In this document: piece by piece, positions 1 through 10,411 of the stretch | Layout: each line of letters opens with the position of its first letter | Numbering within the stretch: position 1 is the first letter of the stretch | Assembly: GCA_018394315.1 (NCBI GenBank) | Contig: CP074575.1 | Coordinates: forward strand, 434,001 to 498,000 | Length of the DNA: 64,000 nt | Origin: Mycoplasmatota bacterium | GTDB lineage: Bacteria > Bacillota_I > Bacilli_A > MAG-NZ | Reading direction: 5' to 3' | The notes under the pieces: generated by a model | Databases searched by the model: none | Seen by the model: only the letters and a program-made list of their open reading frames with translations | What the model was told of the DNA's origin: nothing | Position numbers and translations under genes: made by a program

Positions 1-132
1 TAATTGAACGTGTAATGCATCTTTATCAGCAGTTGAGTAAACAGCTACAGTTTCGATTCCTTCTTGCATACAAGCTCTAATTATCCTAACTGCAATTTCC
101 CCTCTATTAGCAATTAATATTTTATGAAACAT
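1..132 (-). CDS. accC: Acetyl-CoA carboxylase biotin carboxylase subunit, N-terminal part (runs off the window)
   Basis: Manual translation [49 protein letters not shown] signature; directly follows accB. Confidence 0.93.
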   Translation of the reverse strand, partial: MFHKILIANRGEIAVRIIRACMQEGIETVAVYSTADKDALHVQL

Positions 133-147
133 ATTAAAACCTTCTCT

Positions 148-582
148 CTACTCGATAGTCATTATAACTTGGTCAAATTCAACCATTGCTGAATTTTTCA
201 CCAATATTTCTTTAATAGTTCCATTAGAAGGCGCTGAAATCTCATTCATTACTTTCATAGCTTCAATAATACAAAGAGTCTGCCCCTTTTGAACTTTTGA
301 TCCTACACTAACAAACGGTTTAGCATCTGGTGATGGAGATCCATAAAATGTACCAACTAAAGGTGCCAGCACTTTTACACTATTATCTGTCACTACTGGT
401 TTAGTTTCTTCATTATTTGATACAGTAGTTACCACTGTTGGTACTTCCATTTCTTTTGCAGTTACATACTGTTTATCTTCTTTTTCTAATTTGATTTTAA
501 ATCCATCTTGCTCTAATTCTATCTTGTGAATATTTGATTTTTCAAAATTCTTCATTATTTCTTTTATTAATTTAATTTCCAT
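148..582 (-). CDS. accB: Biotin carboxyl carrier protein
   Basis: EAMKVMNEI biotinylation motif; APLVGTFY. Confidence 0.95.
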   Translation of the reverse strand: MEIKLIKEIMKNFEKSNIHKIELEQDGFKIKLEKEDKQYVTAKEMEVPTVVTTVSNNEETKPVVTDNSVKVLAPLVGTFYGSPSPDAKPFVSVGSKVQKGQTLCIIEAMKVMNEISAPSNGTIKEILVKNSAMVEFDQVIMTIE

Positions 583-619
583 AATTTCCTCCTAGAAAAT
601 TTAAAACTATTTATTATTT

Positions 620-644
620 AAAAAAACCCTATCTCTAGGGGCTT
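620..644 (-). terminator. Probable intrinsic terminator between acpP and accB
   Basis: Minus strand CCCTA-GAGA-TAGGG followed by a T-run. Confidence 0.55.
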
Positions 645-863
645 TTACTTATTTAAATAATCTACAATATTTTGTACAGTCTTCATAGCTTGTGCATCAG
701 AATCATTAATAGAAATATCAAACTCATCTTCAATCGCCATTATTAATTCAACAGCATCTAATGAGTCCGCACCTAAATCATCAGTTAATGATGCATCTAG
801 AGTGACTTCCTCTTCTTTTACACCTAAATTCTCTACAATAATATCTTTAATTTTTTCAAACAT
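645..863 (-). CDS. acpP: Acyl carrier protein
   Basis: LGADSLD phosphopantetheine motif; start reassigned to MFEKIK after GAGGAG RBS. Confidence 0.95.
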   Translation of the reverse strand: MFEKIKDIIVENLGVKEEEVTLDASLTDDLGADSLDAVELIMAIEDEFDISINDSDAQAMKTVQNIVDYLNK

Positions 864-894
864 TTTCTTAAGTCTCCTCTCATAAAACAAGTAC

Positions 895-943
895 ATTATA
901 CTTCTAAATCTTGATTTAGTCAAGGTACTTTGAATTTCAAACT
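895..943 (-). promoter_or_regulatory. sigmaA promoter of acpP with adjacent FabT-like palindrome
   Basis: TTGACT-N17-TATAAT (923-895); AGTTTGAAATTCAAAGT at 927-943. Confidence 0.65.
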
Positions 944-981
944 ATAGCTATAATTGTCGAAAATTGTCTTAATAACTTAAC

Positions 982-2055
982 TTATTCAAAACAATACTTA
1001 CACTCTGATATAAGTTCTTCAACTATCTCCTTTACTGTAGAGATTCTATCAATCATGTAAGCTTTCGCACCGGAAAATACTAATCCATTTTCAGCATCTC
1101 CACCGCTTGCATTACCTAGTTTTTCAGTAATACAATAAGGAATGTCTTTTTTTGCGCAAACCCTTAAACAATCAACACAGTACTTTATCTTTTGGTTTTT
1201 TGTCTTTAATGCATCAGTAAATGCATTTCTTATAGCTCTTCCTGGTAACCCTACCGGAGAAGGTACAAAAATCACGTCTTCTTCCCTTGCATTAACAATT
1301 TTTTGTTTATATGCATCGCTCACATCACATTCCTCAGTTGCGATAAATCTTGTTGCTACTTGAACCCCAGCACTACCCATTTCAATATACCTTGCAACAT
1401 CTTCACCTGTTGAAATCCCTCCTGCAGGAATTACTGGTATAGAAACCTTATATTCTTCTTCTACTTTTCTTACCTCAATTAATACTTCTTCAAGCAAAGT
1501 TTCAAGTGATTTATAATCACCTGACTCAATTTCTTCTTTAGAAAAACCTAAGTGTCCTCCAGCTAAAGGTCCTTCAACAACTACAAACTCAGGTAGTACA
1601 TTAAAAGATCTCATCCACTTTTTACAAATAATCTTAGCTGCCTTTCCACTTGAAACAATTACTGCGGGCTTAACTGATGATCCCTTTAGGTATTTTGGTA
1701 AGTCTACAGGTAACCCTGCTCCTGATACAATAAAATCTATTTCTTGCTTGCTCAAGAATTTAATATATTCATCATAATTAGTTCCAGCATACATAACATT
1801 AACACCTAATATTCCATCTGGACACTCATCTCTTACTGTTTTTATTTCTCTAGCTAGAGCTTCTAGGTTGGAATTAAGAGTATCACTTTTGAATTTTTTA
1901 CTTAAAAATCCTGGTTGAGCAGCAGATATTGTTCCTACTATCCCAGCTTTTATCGAGGCAATACTTAATCTACTTAGACTAATTCCTATCCCCATTCCGC
2001 CCTGGATAATAGGGTATTTACTCTCCTTATTATTTATAATCAATTTCTTCATCAT
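982..2055 (-). CDS. Nitronate monooxygenase family / FabK-like enoyl-ACP reductase
   Basis: PIIQGGMG, EGPLAGGH, AGGI and GVQVATRF motifs; fatty-acid synthesis context. Confidence 0.8.
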   Translation of the reverse strand: MMKKLIINNKESKYPIIQGGMGIGISLSRLSIASIKAGIVGTISAAQPGFLSKKFKSDTLNSNLEALAREIKTVRDECPDGILGVNVMYAGTNYDEYIKFLSKQEIDFIVSGAGLPVDLPKYLKGSSVKPAVIVSSGKAAKIICKKWMRSFNVLPEFVVVEGPLAGGHLGFSKEEIESGDYKSLETLLEEVLIEVRKVEEEYKVSIPVIPAGGISTGEDVARYIEMGSAGVQVATRFIATEECDVSDAYKQKIVNAREEDVIFVPSPVGLPGRAIRNAFTDALKTKNQKIKYCVDCLRVCAKKDIPYCITEKLGNASGGDAENGLVFSGAKAYMIDRISTVKEIVEELISECKYCFE

Positions 2056-2094
2056 CTAAATAATCTCCTTATAAACTTTTGTCTATTCTAATTT

Positions 2095-2111
2095 ACTTTG
2101 ATTATCAAAGC
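2095..2111. promoter_or_regulatory. FabT-like operator overlapping the promoter of the fabK-like gene
   Basis: Palindrome CTTTGATTATCAAAG inside minus-strand TTGCTT-N17-TAGAAT. Confidence 0.65.
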
Positions 2112-2166
2112 AATAGACAAAAAAAAGAGATTGTATACTTTTTAATCAGAAAGCCAGATTTTCTGA

Positions 2167-2874
2167 TTAATAGATATCCTCTAAACTTATCTCGTTAGGT
2201 GAATAGCAAGAAGTCTTTCCATCTTCATCGATAACTATAATTTCTCCTAGATCATTAATATCCATATAAGAATATATTCTTCCACCTATAGATATTTTCT
2301 TTCCTATTAAATAAGAATTAGATTTACAAATATCTAAAAACGATTTATACCCCATTAGGTATTCATTTATGTAGTAATTTATATTTTCAAGTAAAGCGAA
2401 TAATATCTTGTCACAATCGAAATCCTTACTCTTTTCCTTTTTCATTGATGTTGCCTTCAACTCTAGGTCACCGAAATTCATCATGTTAACATTAATCCCA
2501 ATACCTACAATTACTGATTCTAAGCTCTCATTAATCTTTGTCTCAACTAGAATTCCTGTAATTTTCTTATTACTAACAATTAAATCATTTGGCCATTTTA
2601 TCTTACTCTCAATTCCAAATTCTCTTAATGTCTTATAAACACTTGCAGCAGCTAAAAAACCAATTTCCCATACATTTTGAATGCCTGTTGACTTTAATAG
2701 AACACTCATCATTAAATTATCACTATCATCACTTATCCAAGTTCGCCCCAATCTTCCTTTTCCAGCTGTTTGTTCTTTTACAGTCACAACTGTACCGAAT
2801 TCGAAATTTCCTCTTTTCAAATATTCATTAGTTGAGTCAACTTTATTTAATCTAATTATCCTTCTTACGAACAC
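2167..2874 (-). CDS. birA: Biotin--[acetyl-CoA carboxylase] ligase without N-terminal HTH
   Basis: DSTN, QTAGKGRLGRTW, KWPND, KITGIL, GIGINV; probable GTG start at 2874 after AGGTGA (ORF track starts at 2910). Confidence 0.9.
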   Translation of the reverse strand: MFVRRIIRLNKVDSTNEYLKRGNFEFGTVVTVKEQTAGKGRLGRTWISDDSDNLMMSVLLKSTGIQNVWEIGFLAAASVYKTLREFGIESKIKWPNDLIVSNKKITGILVETKINESLESVIVGIGINVNMMNFGDLELKATSMKKEKSKDFDCDKILFALLENINYYINEYLMGYKSFLDICKSNSYLIGKKISIGGRIYSYMDINDLGEIIVIDEDGKTSCYSPNEISLEDIY

Positions 2875-2980
2875 TTTATCACCTACTCTTTGACGTTCAA
2901 AGTATAACATAAAGACCTAATTATTCTAAATATATTAATTTTATACTAATAATCATCTATACTTAAAAGGGGGGAGCTAT

Positions 2981-3835
2981 ATGAATACGTTCAAATACAG
3001 ACAAAAATATAAATCAAATTATTTTGAAGGTTGGTATATTAGATTAATTGGTAAGAAGAACATTGCAGTTATATTTGGTATCACAACTAATAAAGATAAT
3101 CCACATGCCTTTATTCAATACACTGATTCTAGGATAAGTAAGTATTATTCATTCAGCCTAAACGAAGTTGAAACAACAAACAATTCTGTTGAAATAGGAG
3201 AAAATAAACTAACTAAGAACATTCTAATCCTTAATGTATTAGATATAAAGTTAAACATAAAATTCTTAAACGTAAAAGCACTTAAAAAGAATTTCATTAA
3301 TAATAGTATTATGAGCTTTTTATATTATTTACCTTTAGAATGTTACCAAGAGGTGATTTATTTAGACGGAGAGTATACCCATGAAAGTGATAAGGGAAGA
3401 ATTTACATAGAAAAAACATATGGAAAGAAATTTCCAAAAGAGTGGATTTGGATTCAAAGCAATTCTCTTCCATTAACACTTGCGAGCGCAAAAATGCCTT
3501 TACTATTTAATAAATTTGGTTTTTATTGTTTGTTTGAGTATGAGAAAAAACAGTATATATTCGCAAGTTATAAACTAGGTAAAATCAAAATAATGCGAAG
3601 TGGAAATACCGTAAATATTAATATAAAGCAAGGTAGATATAGACTCGAACTTCATTTAAAACTTAACAATACAGTAAGATTACTTGGCCCAACCAATAAC
3701 GGGCTAATGACAATAACCGTTAATGAGAGTCTGGATTCTAATTTGTCTGTTAAATTTACTAAAAAGAATAAACTAATTCATCAATCCACACATAAAGATA
3801 TTGGAGCTGAAGTAGAAATGAAAAATCACTCTTAG
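2981..3835 (+). CDS. Tocopherol cyclase family protein
   Basis: YFEGWY, AFIQ, YIEKTYGKKFPKEWIWIQSN motifs. Confidence 0.7.
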   Translation: MNTFKYRQKYKSNYFEGWYIRLIGKKNIAVIFGITTNKDNPHAFIQYTDSRISKYYSFSLNEVETTNNSVEIGENKLTKNILILNVLDIKLNIKFLNVKALKKNFINNSIMSFLYYLPLECYQEVIYLDGEYTHESDKGRIYIEKTYGKKFPKEWIWIQSNSLPLTLASAKMPLLFNKFGFYCLFEYEKKQYIFASYKLGKIKIMRSGNTVNINIKQGRYRLELHLKLNNTVRLLGPTNNGLMTITVNESLDSNLSVKFTKKNKLIHQSTHKDIGAEVEMKNHS

Positions 3836-3842
3836 AGTGATT

Positions 3843-4073
3843 TTACTTTAGATATTTTTTGATTGTTTCAACTGTTGGTACTCTTCCGTAGAATACTACT
3901 TTATCATCAACAACAAGTGCTGGTGTTTTCATTATTCCAGCTTTTGCTATTTCGATTGAATCTGTAACTTTTTCAAACTCTGCATTTAAACCCAATTCCT
4001 TTACTGCTTCTTCTGTGTTAGCGTACAATTTATCGCAGTTTGCACATCCACCACCTAAAATTTTAATTAACAT
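3843..4073 (-). CDS. Small redox-active thioredoxin-like protein (MTH895/ArsE-like)
   Basis: IKILGGGCANC, TPALVVD, GRVP; last gene of the ars module. Confidence 0.85.
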   Translation of the reverse strand: MLIKILGGGCANCDKLYANTEEAVKELGLNAEFEKVTDSIEIAKAGIMKTPALVVDDKVVFYGRVPTVETIKKYLK

Positions 4074-4082
4074 ATTTCCTCC

Positions 4083-5102
4083 TTAAAATATAACTAAATT
4101 AAATAAATATCCAATTATGATAATACCCGTTGAAACAATTCCAACAAATATATATAATAATTTCTTCTTAACAACTTTACTTAGTAATATCATACTAGGT
4201 AAAGAAAGTGCTGTAACAGCCATCATAAATGATAAAACAGTTCCTACTCCTACACCCTTATTAAACAGCGCTTCTGCAATTGGAATTGTACCAAATATAT
4301 CAGCATACATGGGTATTCCTACTATAGTAGCAATGATTACTGAGAATGGATTTTTTTCACCTATCACTGAATTGATAATATCACTAGGAATCCAGTTATG
4401 GATTAAAGCTCCTATTCCCACTCCAATTAAAATAAATTTCCATACTTTTTTAATAATATCTTGAACCTGTTGTTTAGAATATTCTATTCTTTCCTTCTTG
4501 CTCATCTCAAATGACTCAATACTATTATTCTCAGTACTTTTCATATCAAGTACATATCCTTCAACATATTTTTCTAATCCAAACTTATCAATTATTGACC
4601 CACCAGCAACTGCTAGAATAATTCCCACAACTACATAAGCAATAGCTATTTTCCAACCGAAGAAAGACATTAGAATCAAAACAGATGCTAAATCAACTAA
4701 TGGAGAAGATATTAAGAAAGAAAATGTTACTCCAACCGGAAGCCCTGCTCTAGTAAATCCTATAAATATAGGAATGCTACTACAAGAACAAAACGGGGTG
4801 ATAGTACCAAACAAAGCTCCTAATATATTCCCTTTTATCCCTTTAATCTTCCCAAGTATTTTACTGGTTCTTTCTGGAGGAAAATAACTTTGTATATATG
4901 ATATTGAAAAAATAAGAATACTTAATAAAATGAATATTTTAATAGTATCATAAATAAAAAAGTGAATACTGTTTCCTAATTTATCATCCATTGAGAAACC
5001 AAAAACTTTTTCGACTAATGAAATAACTAAATTATATAACCAATCCATACGTAATAATTGTGCGTTAAGCCAATCAAATATGCTTTTTACTACTTCCATC
5101 AT
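4083..5102 (-). CDS. ArsP-type permease (DUF318)
   Basis: TPFCSCSSIP, FSFLISSP, GALIHNWIP, ALSLPS; multiple TM segments. Confidence 0.85.
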   Translation of the reverse strand: MMEVVKSIFDWLNAQLLRMDWLYNLVISLVEKVFGFSMDDKLGNSIHFFIYDTIKIFILLSILIFSISYIQSYFPPERTSKILGKIKGIKGNILGALFGTITPFCSCSSIPIFIGFTRAGLPVGVTFSFLISSPLVDLASVLILMSFFGWKIAIAYVVVGIILAVAGGSIIDKFGLEKYVEGYVLDMKSTENNSIESFEMSKKERIEYSKQQVQDIIKKVWKFILIGVGIGALIHNWIPSDIINSVIGEKNPFSVIIATIVGIPMYADIFGTIPIAEALFNKGVGVGTVLSFMMAVTALSLPSMILLSKVVKKKLLYIFVGIVSTGIIIIGYLFNLVIF

Positions 5103-5434
5103 ACACCTCTAACTCTTCTTGTAACTTCATCAATTTTGCTTATATCTATCTTTAATAATGGATAATCATTATGGTTATTCTTAATAATATTTATTAACTC
5201 TTTATAAAGTGGATTAGTAATAGACGTTGAGTAATATATATATTTTTCAGCTCTTCTATCACTAATCAAATTCAAACTTTTAAGTTTAGCTAAATGTTTA
5301 GATATTTTTGGTTGAGATTCATTCATTATTGCTTGTAACTCACATACGCACATCTCTCTTTCTAACAACAAAAGGAGAATTCTTAGCCTAGTTTTATCTG
5401 ATATTATTTTTAAGAATTCCAATAGTTTTTCCAT
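5099..5434 (-). CDS. arsR: ArsR/SmtB family transcriptional repressor
   Basis: RLRIL...EMCVCEL...SQPKISKHL HTH with CVC metal site. Confidence 0.85.
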   Translation of the reverse strand: MEKLLEFLKIISDKTRLRILLLLLEREMCVCELQAIMNESQPKISKHLAKLKSLNLISDRRAEKYIYYSTSITNPLYKELINIIKNNHNDYPLLKIDISKIDEVTRRVRGV

Positions 5435-5443
5435 ACGTCCTCC

Positions 5444-5497
5444 ACATATACCTCCAAGGGTATATGTATATAATAAACTATTTTAATTTTATGTCAA
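5444..5497 (-). promoter_or_regulatory. arsR promoter and operator
   Basis: TTGACA-N16-TATTAT (5497-5470); inverted repeat ACATATACC-N6-GGTATATGT at 5444-5467. Confidence 0.6.
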
Positions 5498-5520
5498 GAA
5501 AAATGACACCTAAGTGTCAT

Positions 5521-7233
5521 TTAGTTATTATTCATAAAACTATCTAAGAAATTAGTAATTAAGTTTTGATCGATACTATCTATTATATATTCTATAAAAT
5601 CTGTTTGAGTTTCTTCTGGAAGTTCATAGTATAAGTCTGTTAATTCTTCTACATCAGCAACTGTAATTGTTTCACCTTCAGCCAAATCGAATGAACCTGC
5701 AATCTCAGAAACTTTTTCTTCAAAAGCAACTTCTTCAGGTACTGTTTCATCGATAAATTCCATTCCACCTTCTAGTTCATCAAGAACTCCTTCAACCTCT
5801 CCTACAACTTCATTCAGTAACTCTTGTTGAGGTAAATCAATTCCAACTGATATCATTCCATCTTCTACATTAATATCAGAAATCCCAACACCAACAGAAT
5901 TCTGCTCAATTTGACTCATAAGTGCGTCTTTAGTAATTACGATTTTTCCTTCTTGGAAATTAAAGTTTACTAGTTCATTATCAATATTAAGATTTGAAAG
6001 CATCATTTTGATTTCTTCAGCATCAAATTCTATATACTCTATAGAACTTTCACTAGCATCTCTACCGATATATGCACTATTAATTGTAAATACTAAATCG
6101 TCATTTTCAGTTACAACGTCACTATTAAGCTCGAATAGTACTTTTACACCATTAATATCAACTTGCAAATTGAGTTCCATTTCATCATCCATGAATTCAA
6201 TCCAAACACCATCAACATCTATATTTATATTAAGATCATCTTGCTCACTTATGAAACTGTCAAATCCTAATTCAGAAATACTTGAAGCTATAACCTTATT
6301 AATCGTTTCTTCAGTTATATTTAGACTAGGACTACCTGCTAATGCGCTTAACATAACTTTATTTAACTCTTGATTCATTTCTTCAGATAAATCAAATGTC
6401 CCGCTAAAATCCATTAAATATTCAGGTAACTGAGATTTCACCGATAATTTTTCAACATCCAAATACATCTCAAATCTTGGTTCATCCTCAAAAACACCAA
6501 GTTCAATTAGCTCATTATCAACGATTAATTGTAAATAAGACTTCATAGTAGGATCATCGGAAGCAAATTCCTCTATAAGTTCATCTTTAACAAATGTTGC
6601 TTTTAAATTAGATAAATCTACTGTCATCATCTCATTATTCAGATCATTTGTATCTACATTAAGTTGATTGATAATTAGGTTTACTACTGGTTTTAAGATA
6701 GCTTTTGGCAATGGTATGTTACCTGCTTTTATTTTCTCATATGCAATACTATATGTATCACCATTATCCAAAAGTTCAAACTGTAATTCCAAAGATGTAT
6801 TAAAATTAATATAATAATCGCCAGATACAGTAATATTCAGAGATATTACATCATCATAAAACTCAGTCCAAATACCAGTAACACCCACAAATAACTGCTT
6901 CCCATTTATAAATTGATCATCATTATAAAGAATAAACTTACATTCATTAGTTGTACACTCATCTCCAGGTGAGTACTCTGGATTAAGATCTTCCTCTTGA
7001 ATAATTGCATTATAAATAAGATTATTCAGATTATCTTGTTTTAAACTGATACTTACAATTCCCTTTTCAATACCCGCAATTGCATCGTTTACTTCTTCTA
7101 CCATAATTGCTTCAGGTGTAGTTCTTTCATATACATCAACGGGAATATCTGGAGTAAAATCTAGTAATAAAAATAGTGTTAATAACGGTATTCCAATTAT
7201 TGTAATTATTAACCCTAACAAAAACTTTAACAT
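5521..7233 (-). CDS. Acidic membrane-anchored hypothetical protein with an internal two-fold repeat
   Basis: N-terminal hydrophobic anchor; D/E-rich; repeated GIWTEFYDD / GVWIEFMDD blocks. Confidence 0.7.
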   Translation of the reverse strand: MLKFLLGLIITIIGIPLLTLFLLLDFTPDIPVDVYERTTPEAIMVEEVNDAIAGIEKGIVSISLKQDNLNNLIYNAIIQEEDLNPEYSPGDECTTNECKFILYNDDQFINGKQLFVGVTGIWTEFYDDVISLNITVSGDYYINFNTSLELQFELLDNGDTYSIAYEKIKAGNIPLPKAILKPVVNLIINQLNVDTNDLNNEMMTVDLSNLKATFVKDELIEEFASDDPTMKSYLQLIVDNELIELGVFEDEPRFEMYLDVEKLSVKSQLPEYLMDFSGTFDLSEEMNQELNKVMLSALAGSPSLNITEETINKVIASSISELGFDSFISEQDDLNINIDVDGVWIEFMDDEMELNLQVDINGVKVLFELNSDVVTENDDLVFTINSAYIGRDASESSIEYIEFDAEEIKMMLSNLNIDNELVNFNFQEGKIVITKDALMSQIEQNSVGVGISDINVEDGMISVGIDLPQQELLNEVVGEVEGVLDELEGGMEFIDETVPEEVAFEEKVSEIAGSFDLAEGETITVADVEELTDLYYELPEETQTDFIEYIIDSIDQNLITNFLDSFMNNN

Positions 7234-7245
7234 ATTAATTCCTCC

Positions 7246-8256
7246 TTAATCTCTACCTAATTCACTAAAAGGTCTTCCGTTTAAATCCATTTTATCATAC
7301 ATTCTTAAATCAAGATACTGATAATGAGCTGCAACACCAATCATTGCAGCATTATCTGTACAATATTTTACATGTGGAATTATTAATTCAAATTCACCTA
7401 TGTTATCATTCAACTTATTTCTAAGTCCCCTATTTGCTGCCACTCCACCAGCAATCATTACTTGCTTAACACCATATTTTTTAGCAGCGGATATAGTTTT
7501 TGTGACTAAAACATCAGTAACACTTTCTTGAAAAGATCTACATACATCATTAACTCTAATCTCTTCGTTCCTTTGTTTTGAATTATGAATTAAGTTTATC
7601 ACTGCAGATTTAAGTCCAGAAAAACTAAAATCAAACTTGTCCTTTTGTAGATATGGTCTAGGTAGATTATAGCTATCTATACCTTCTTTAGCTAACTTAT
7701 CAACAATTGGACCACCTGGGTATGATAATCCTAAAACTCTCGCAACTTTATCATATGCCTCTCCAACAGCATCATCTTGAGTACATCCTAATAACTCGAA
7801 TCTATTATGCTCTTTCATCAACACTAATTCAGTGTGTCCCCCTGATACAACCAATGTAATCAAAGGAAATTTCATATCATTTTCTATTTGATTCGCATAA
7901 ATATGACCTTTGATATGATCAATTCCAATTATTGGGATATTATTTGAAAAAGCAAATGCCTTAGCAGCGTTAATTCCAACTAACAGAGCACCTATTAAAC
8001 CAGGAGCTTTTGTTACCGCAACTAAATCAATATCTGACTTTTCAATACCCGCATCATTAATTGCTTTATCTATGACTTTTGTTATTGAAGTAACATGATG
8101 TCTACTAGCGACCTCGGGAACTACTCCCCCAAACTCACTATGAATATCCATCTGAGAAACAACAATATTACTTAAAATCTCTTTACCATTTTTTACTACT
8201 GCGGCGCTAGTTTCATCACAACTTGTTTCAATTGCTAAGATTATCATTTCAATCAT
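7246..8256 (-). CDS. tsaD: tRNA t6A synthesis protein TsaD
   Basis: [42 protein letters not shown]. Confidence 0.97.
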   Translation of the reverse strand: MIEMIILAIETSCDETSAAVVKNGKEILSNIVVSQMDIHSEFGGVVPEVASRHHVTSITKVIDKAINDAGIEKSDIDLVAVTKAPGLIGALLVGINAAKAFAFSNNIPIIGIDHIKGHIYANQIENDMKFPLITLVVSGGHTELVLMKEHNRFELLGCTQDDAVGEAYDKVARVLGLSYPGGPIVDKLAKEGIDSYNLPRPYLQKDKFDFSFSGLKSAVINLIHNSKQRNEEIRVNDVCRSFQESVTDVLVTKTISAAKKYGVKQVMIAGGVAANRGLRNKLNDNIGEFELIIPHVKYCTDNAAMIGVAAHYQYLDLRMYDKMDLNGRPFSELGRD

Positions 8257-8262
8257 ACCCTT

Positions 8263-8697
8263 CTAAATTTCCTTAATCATTAATAAAGCATTTTCACCGT
8301 CTTCATAATAATTCTTTCTTATCCCACCAGCTGCAAAACCAAATTTATGATATAGATTAATTGCTGCTTTATTTGATTCTCTCACTTCTAACGATATAAC
8401 TCTTGTACCTTGTTCCATAAAATATTCTAACGCAAATTTCAAGAACTTCTCTCCTAATCTCTTACCTCTATAATCAGGCATTATATAAAAATTAGTTATC
8501 TGTCCCTTTTCAAATACACACCATAAACCAATATACCCAATAATTAATTCATCATCTTCTAAAACAAAATAATGTGCATATTGATTAACAGTTAATTCAT
8601 AATTAAGCATTTTTGTTCCAAGTGTTGACCCAAAAACTTCAAGCTCTTGATCAACTACTATATCAATATCTTCCGGAAACATCTTTCTTATTAACAT
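8263..8697 (-). CDS. rimI: Ribosomal-protein-alanine N-acetyltransferase
   Basis: YRGKRLG, LEVRESN, RKNYY; start probably MLIRK overlapping the tsaB stop. Confidence 0.9.
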   Translation of the reverse strand: MLIRKMFPEDIDIVVDQELEVFGSTLGTKMLNYELTVNQYAHYFVLEDDELIIGYIGLWCVFEKGQITNFYIMPDYRGKRLGEKFLKFALEYFMEQGTRVISLEVRESNKAAINLYHKFGFAAGGIRKNYYEDGENALLMIKEI

Positions 8698-9251
8698 TAT
8701 TCTCCCCATTCTCTCAAATAGTTAGGCGAGAATGCATGAACATTTTCTACTAAAGTTGTTTTTAGTAAATCTGGTCTAATATTTGCATTATCTATTGTTA
8801 CCATTTTTATACCTTTTACTTCTTCTTTAAAATCTTCTTCTAATCTCATTTTAGGTTCTATAATAACTAAATAATCGTTATCCAAGTCATAAACTGCGCT
8901 AAACACATGCCCTCTTCTTGCATCTACCATTACAGCTACCTTACCTGTAAATGTACTCGCTAAAACCTCAAGAGTACTAACCTTCTTTAACTTAATATTA
9001 TTAAAGTGCGCAAAAGTCTTAGCTACTACCACGCCAATTCTAACTCCTGTATATGAACCGGGTCCTTCACCAACAATTATTTCGTCAATATCCTTTATAG
9101 AAATATTATTCCTAGCGAACATTTCTTCAATCTCAACCATTAATGTTTTAGAATGATCATTATTTCCTATTTTACTAACTAAATCGACTATTCCCTCTTC
9201 AATTAATGCTACATAAAGGAATTTAGTTGCCGTATCAATAAATAATTTCAT
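8697..9251 (-). CDS. tsaB: tRNA t6A synthesis protein TsaB
   Basis: IDTAT, GPGSYTGVRIG, DARR. Confidence 0.95.
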   Translation of the reverse strand: MKLFIDTATKFLYVALIEEGIVDLVSKIGNNDHSKTLMVEIEEMFARNNISIKDIDEIIVGEGPGSYTGVRIGVVVAKTFAHFNNIKLKKVSTLEVLASTFTGKVAVMVDARRGHVFSAVYDLDNDYLVIIEPKMRLEEDFKEEVKGIKMVTIDNANIRPDLLKTTLVENVHAFSPNYLREWGE

Positions 9252-9688
9252 TATAGTTTCTCCAATATCATATTATATCTTGAATCATCAGTACTAAGGG
9301 TGAACTTCCTATTTCCATTTTCTATACTAATATCTATCCTCAAAAAACCTTCTAAGCTATCTTTAATATTGTCACTCCACTCTACAACACTCACGCCTTC
9401 GCCATATAAATAATCTTCTAAATCATAATCAAAACCAATACCATCTAAACGGTAAACATCCATGTGGTATAAAGGTATTCGTCCATCATATACTTTCATA
9501 ATTGTAAAAGTCGGACTATTAACTACTCTTTTGACACCTAACCCTAGGGCTATCCCTTTGGTTAGGGTAGTTTTCCCAGCTCCTAAATCGCCGTTTAGAG
9601 TAATAATAGCACCAGAAAACATCATGTGACCTATTAATTTACCCAATTCAATTGTTTCTTCAACATTTCTTGTATATATAGTTTTCAT
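9251..9688 (-). CDS. tsaE: tRNA t6A ATPase TsaE
   Basis: GDLGAGKT, SPTF, HMDVYRL, VEW. Confidence 0.97.
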   Translation of the reverse strand: MKTIYTRNVEETIELGKLIGHMMFSGAIITLNGDLGAGKTTLTKGIALGLGVKRVVNSPTFTIMKVYDGRIPLYHMDVYRLDGIGFDYDLEDYLYGEGVSVVEWSDNIKDSLEGFLRIDISIENGNRKFTLSTDDSRYNMILEKL

Positions 9689-9749
9689 ATTAAATTCTTC
9701 TTTCGTAGTCTTTTTTTATTATATCAAATATTGTTATATGATAGTAAAA

Positions 9750-10382
9750 TTATTTACTCAAATAGTCTATGACTCCAAAATATATTGCATATGCAACTTC
9801 ATCTTGGTATTTTTCTGTCTTTAAAAGTTCTAGTTCGTTATAATTTGATAGAAAACCAATTTCAATTAAAACTCCTGGCTTGTTTGAATGTTCAAGCAAA
9901 TATATATTATTTATATATTTCGCCTTTCTGTGCGTTCCTAAATTATTCTTTAGAGAATTTTGAATTGATTTAGCTAATTCTAAATTATCTCCATAATAAA
10001 ATGTTTGAGCACCACTCCACTTGGAGCTTCCAATCGCATTTAAATGGATAGATAAAAACAACTCTGCATCAGATTCATTAATTATCTTTACCCTTTTATG
10101 GATATCCTCTCGTTTTTTATTGCTTCCTTGATTAGATAAATCATAATCTCCATCTCTAGTCATGTAAACTTTAATTCCTACCTCTTCAAAATAATTCATT
10201 AATAGCTTACTTACTTCTAAAGAAATTAGAGCTTCATTAGTCCCATCACTACCTACTGCACCCCCATCATAACCCCCATGACCCGGGTCGATATATATAG
10301 CCATTTCTTTTTCATGAGTTCTAACTATAAACAAATGAATAATTAAAATACAAATACTAACCACAAAAAAAATTCTCTTCAT
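9750..10382 (-). CDS. cwlD: N-acetylmuramoyl-L-alanine amidase, CwlD-like (spore cortex)
   Basis: DPGHGGYDGGA, KKREDIHKR, SIHLNA, WSGAQTFY, EIGFLSN; sigmaE-like promoter upstream. Confidence 0.75.
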   Translation of the reverse strand: MKRIFFVVSICILIIHLFIVRTHEKEMAIYIDPGHGGYDGGAVGSDGTNEALISLEVSKLLMNYFEEVGIKVYMTRDGDYDLSNQGSNKKREDIHKRVKIINESDAELFLSIHLNAIGSSKWSGAQTFYYGDNLELAKSIQNSLKNNLGTHRKAKYINNIYLLEHSNKPGVLIEIGFLSNYNELELLKTEKYQDEVAYAIYFGVIDYLSK

Positions 10383-10411
10383 AATAAATTCTATGAAAAG
10401 AATAATTTATA

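Noticed and set aside
955..961. Spo0A-box TGTCGAA upstream of acpP (another at 48505-48511)
   Set aside because: A 7-mer is expected several times by chance in 64 kb; no tandem boxes
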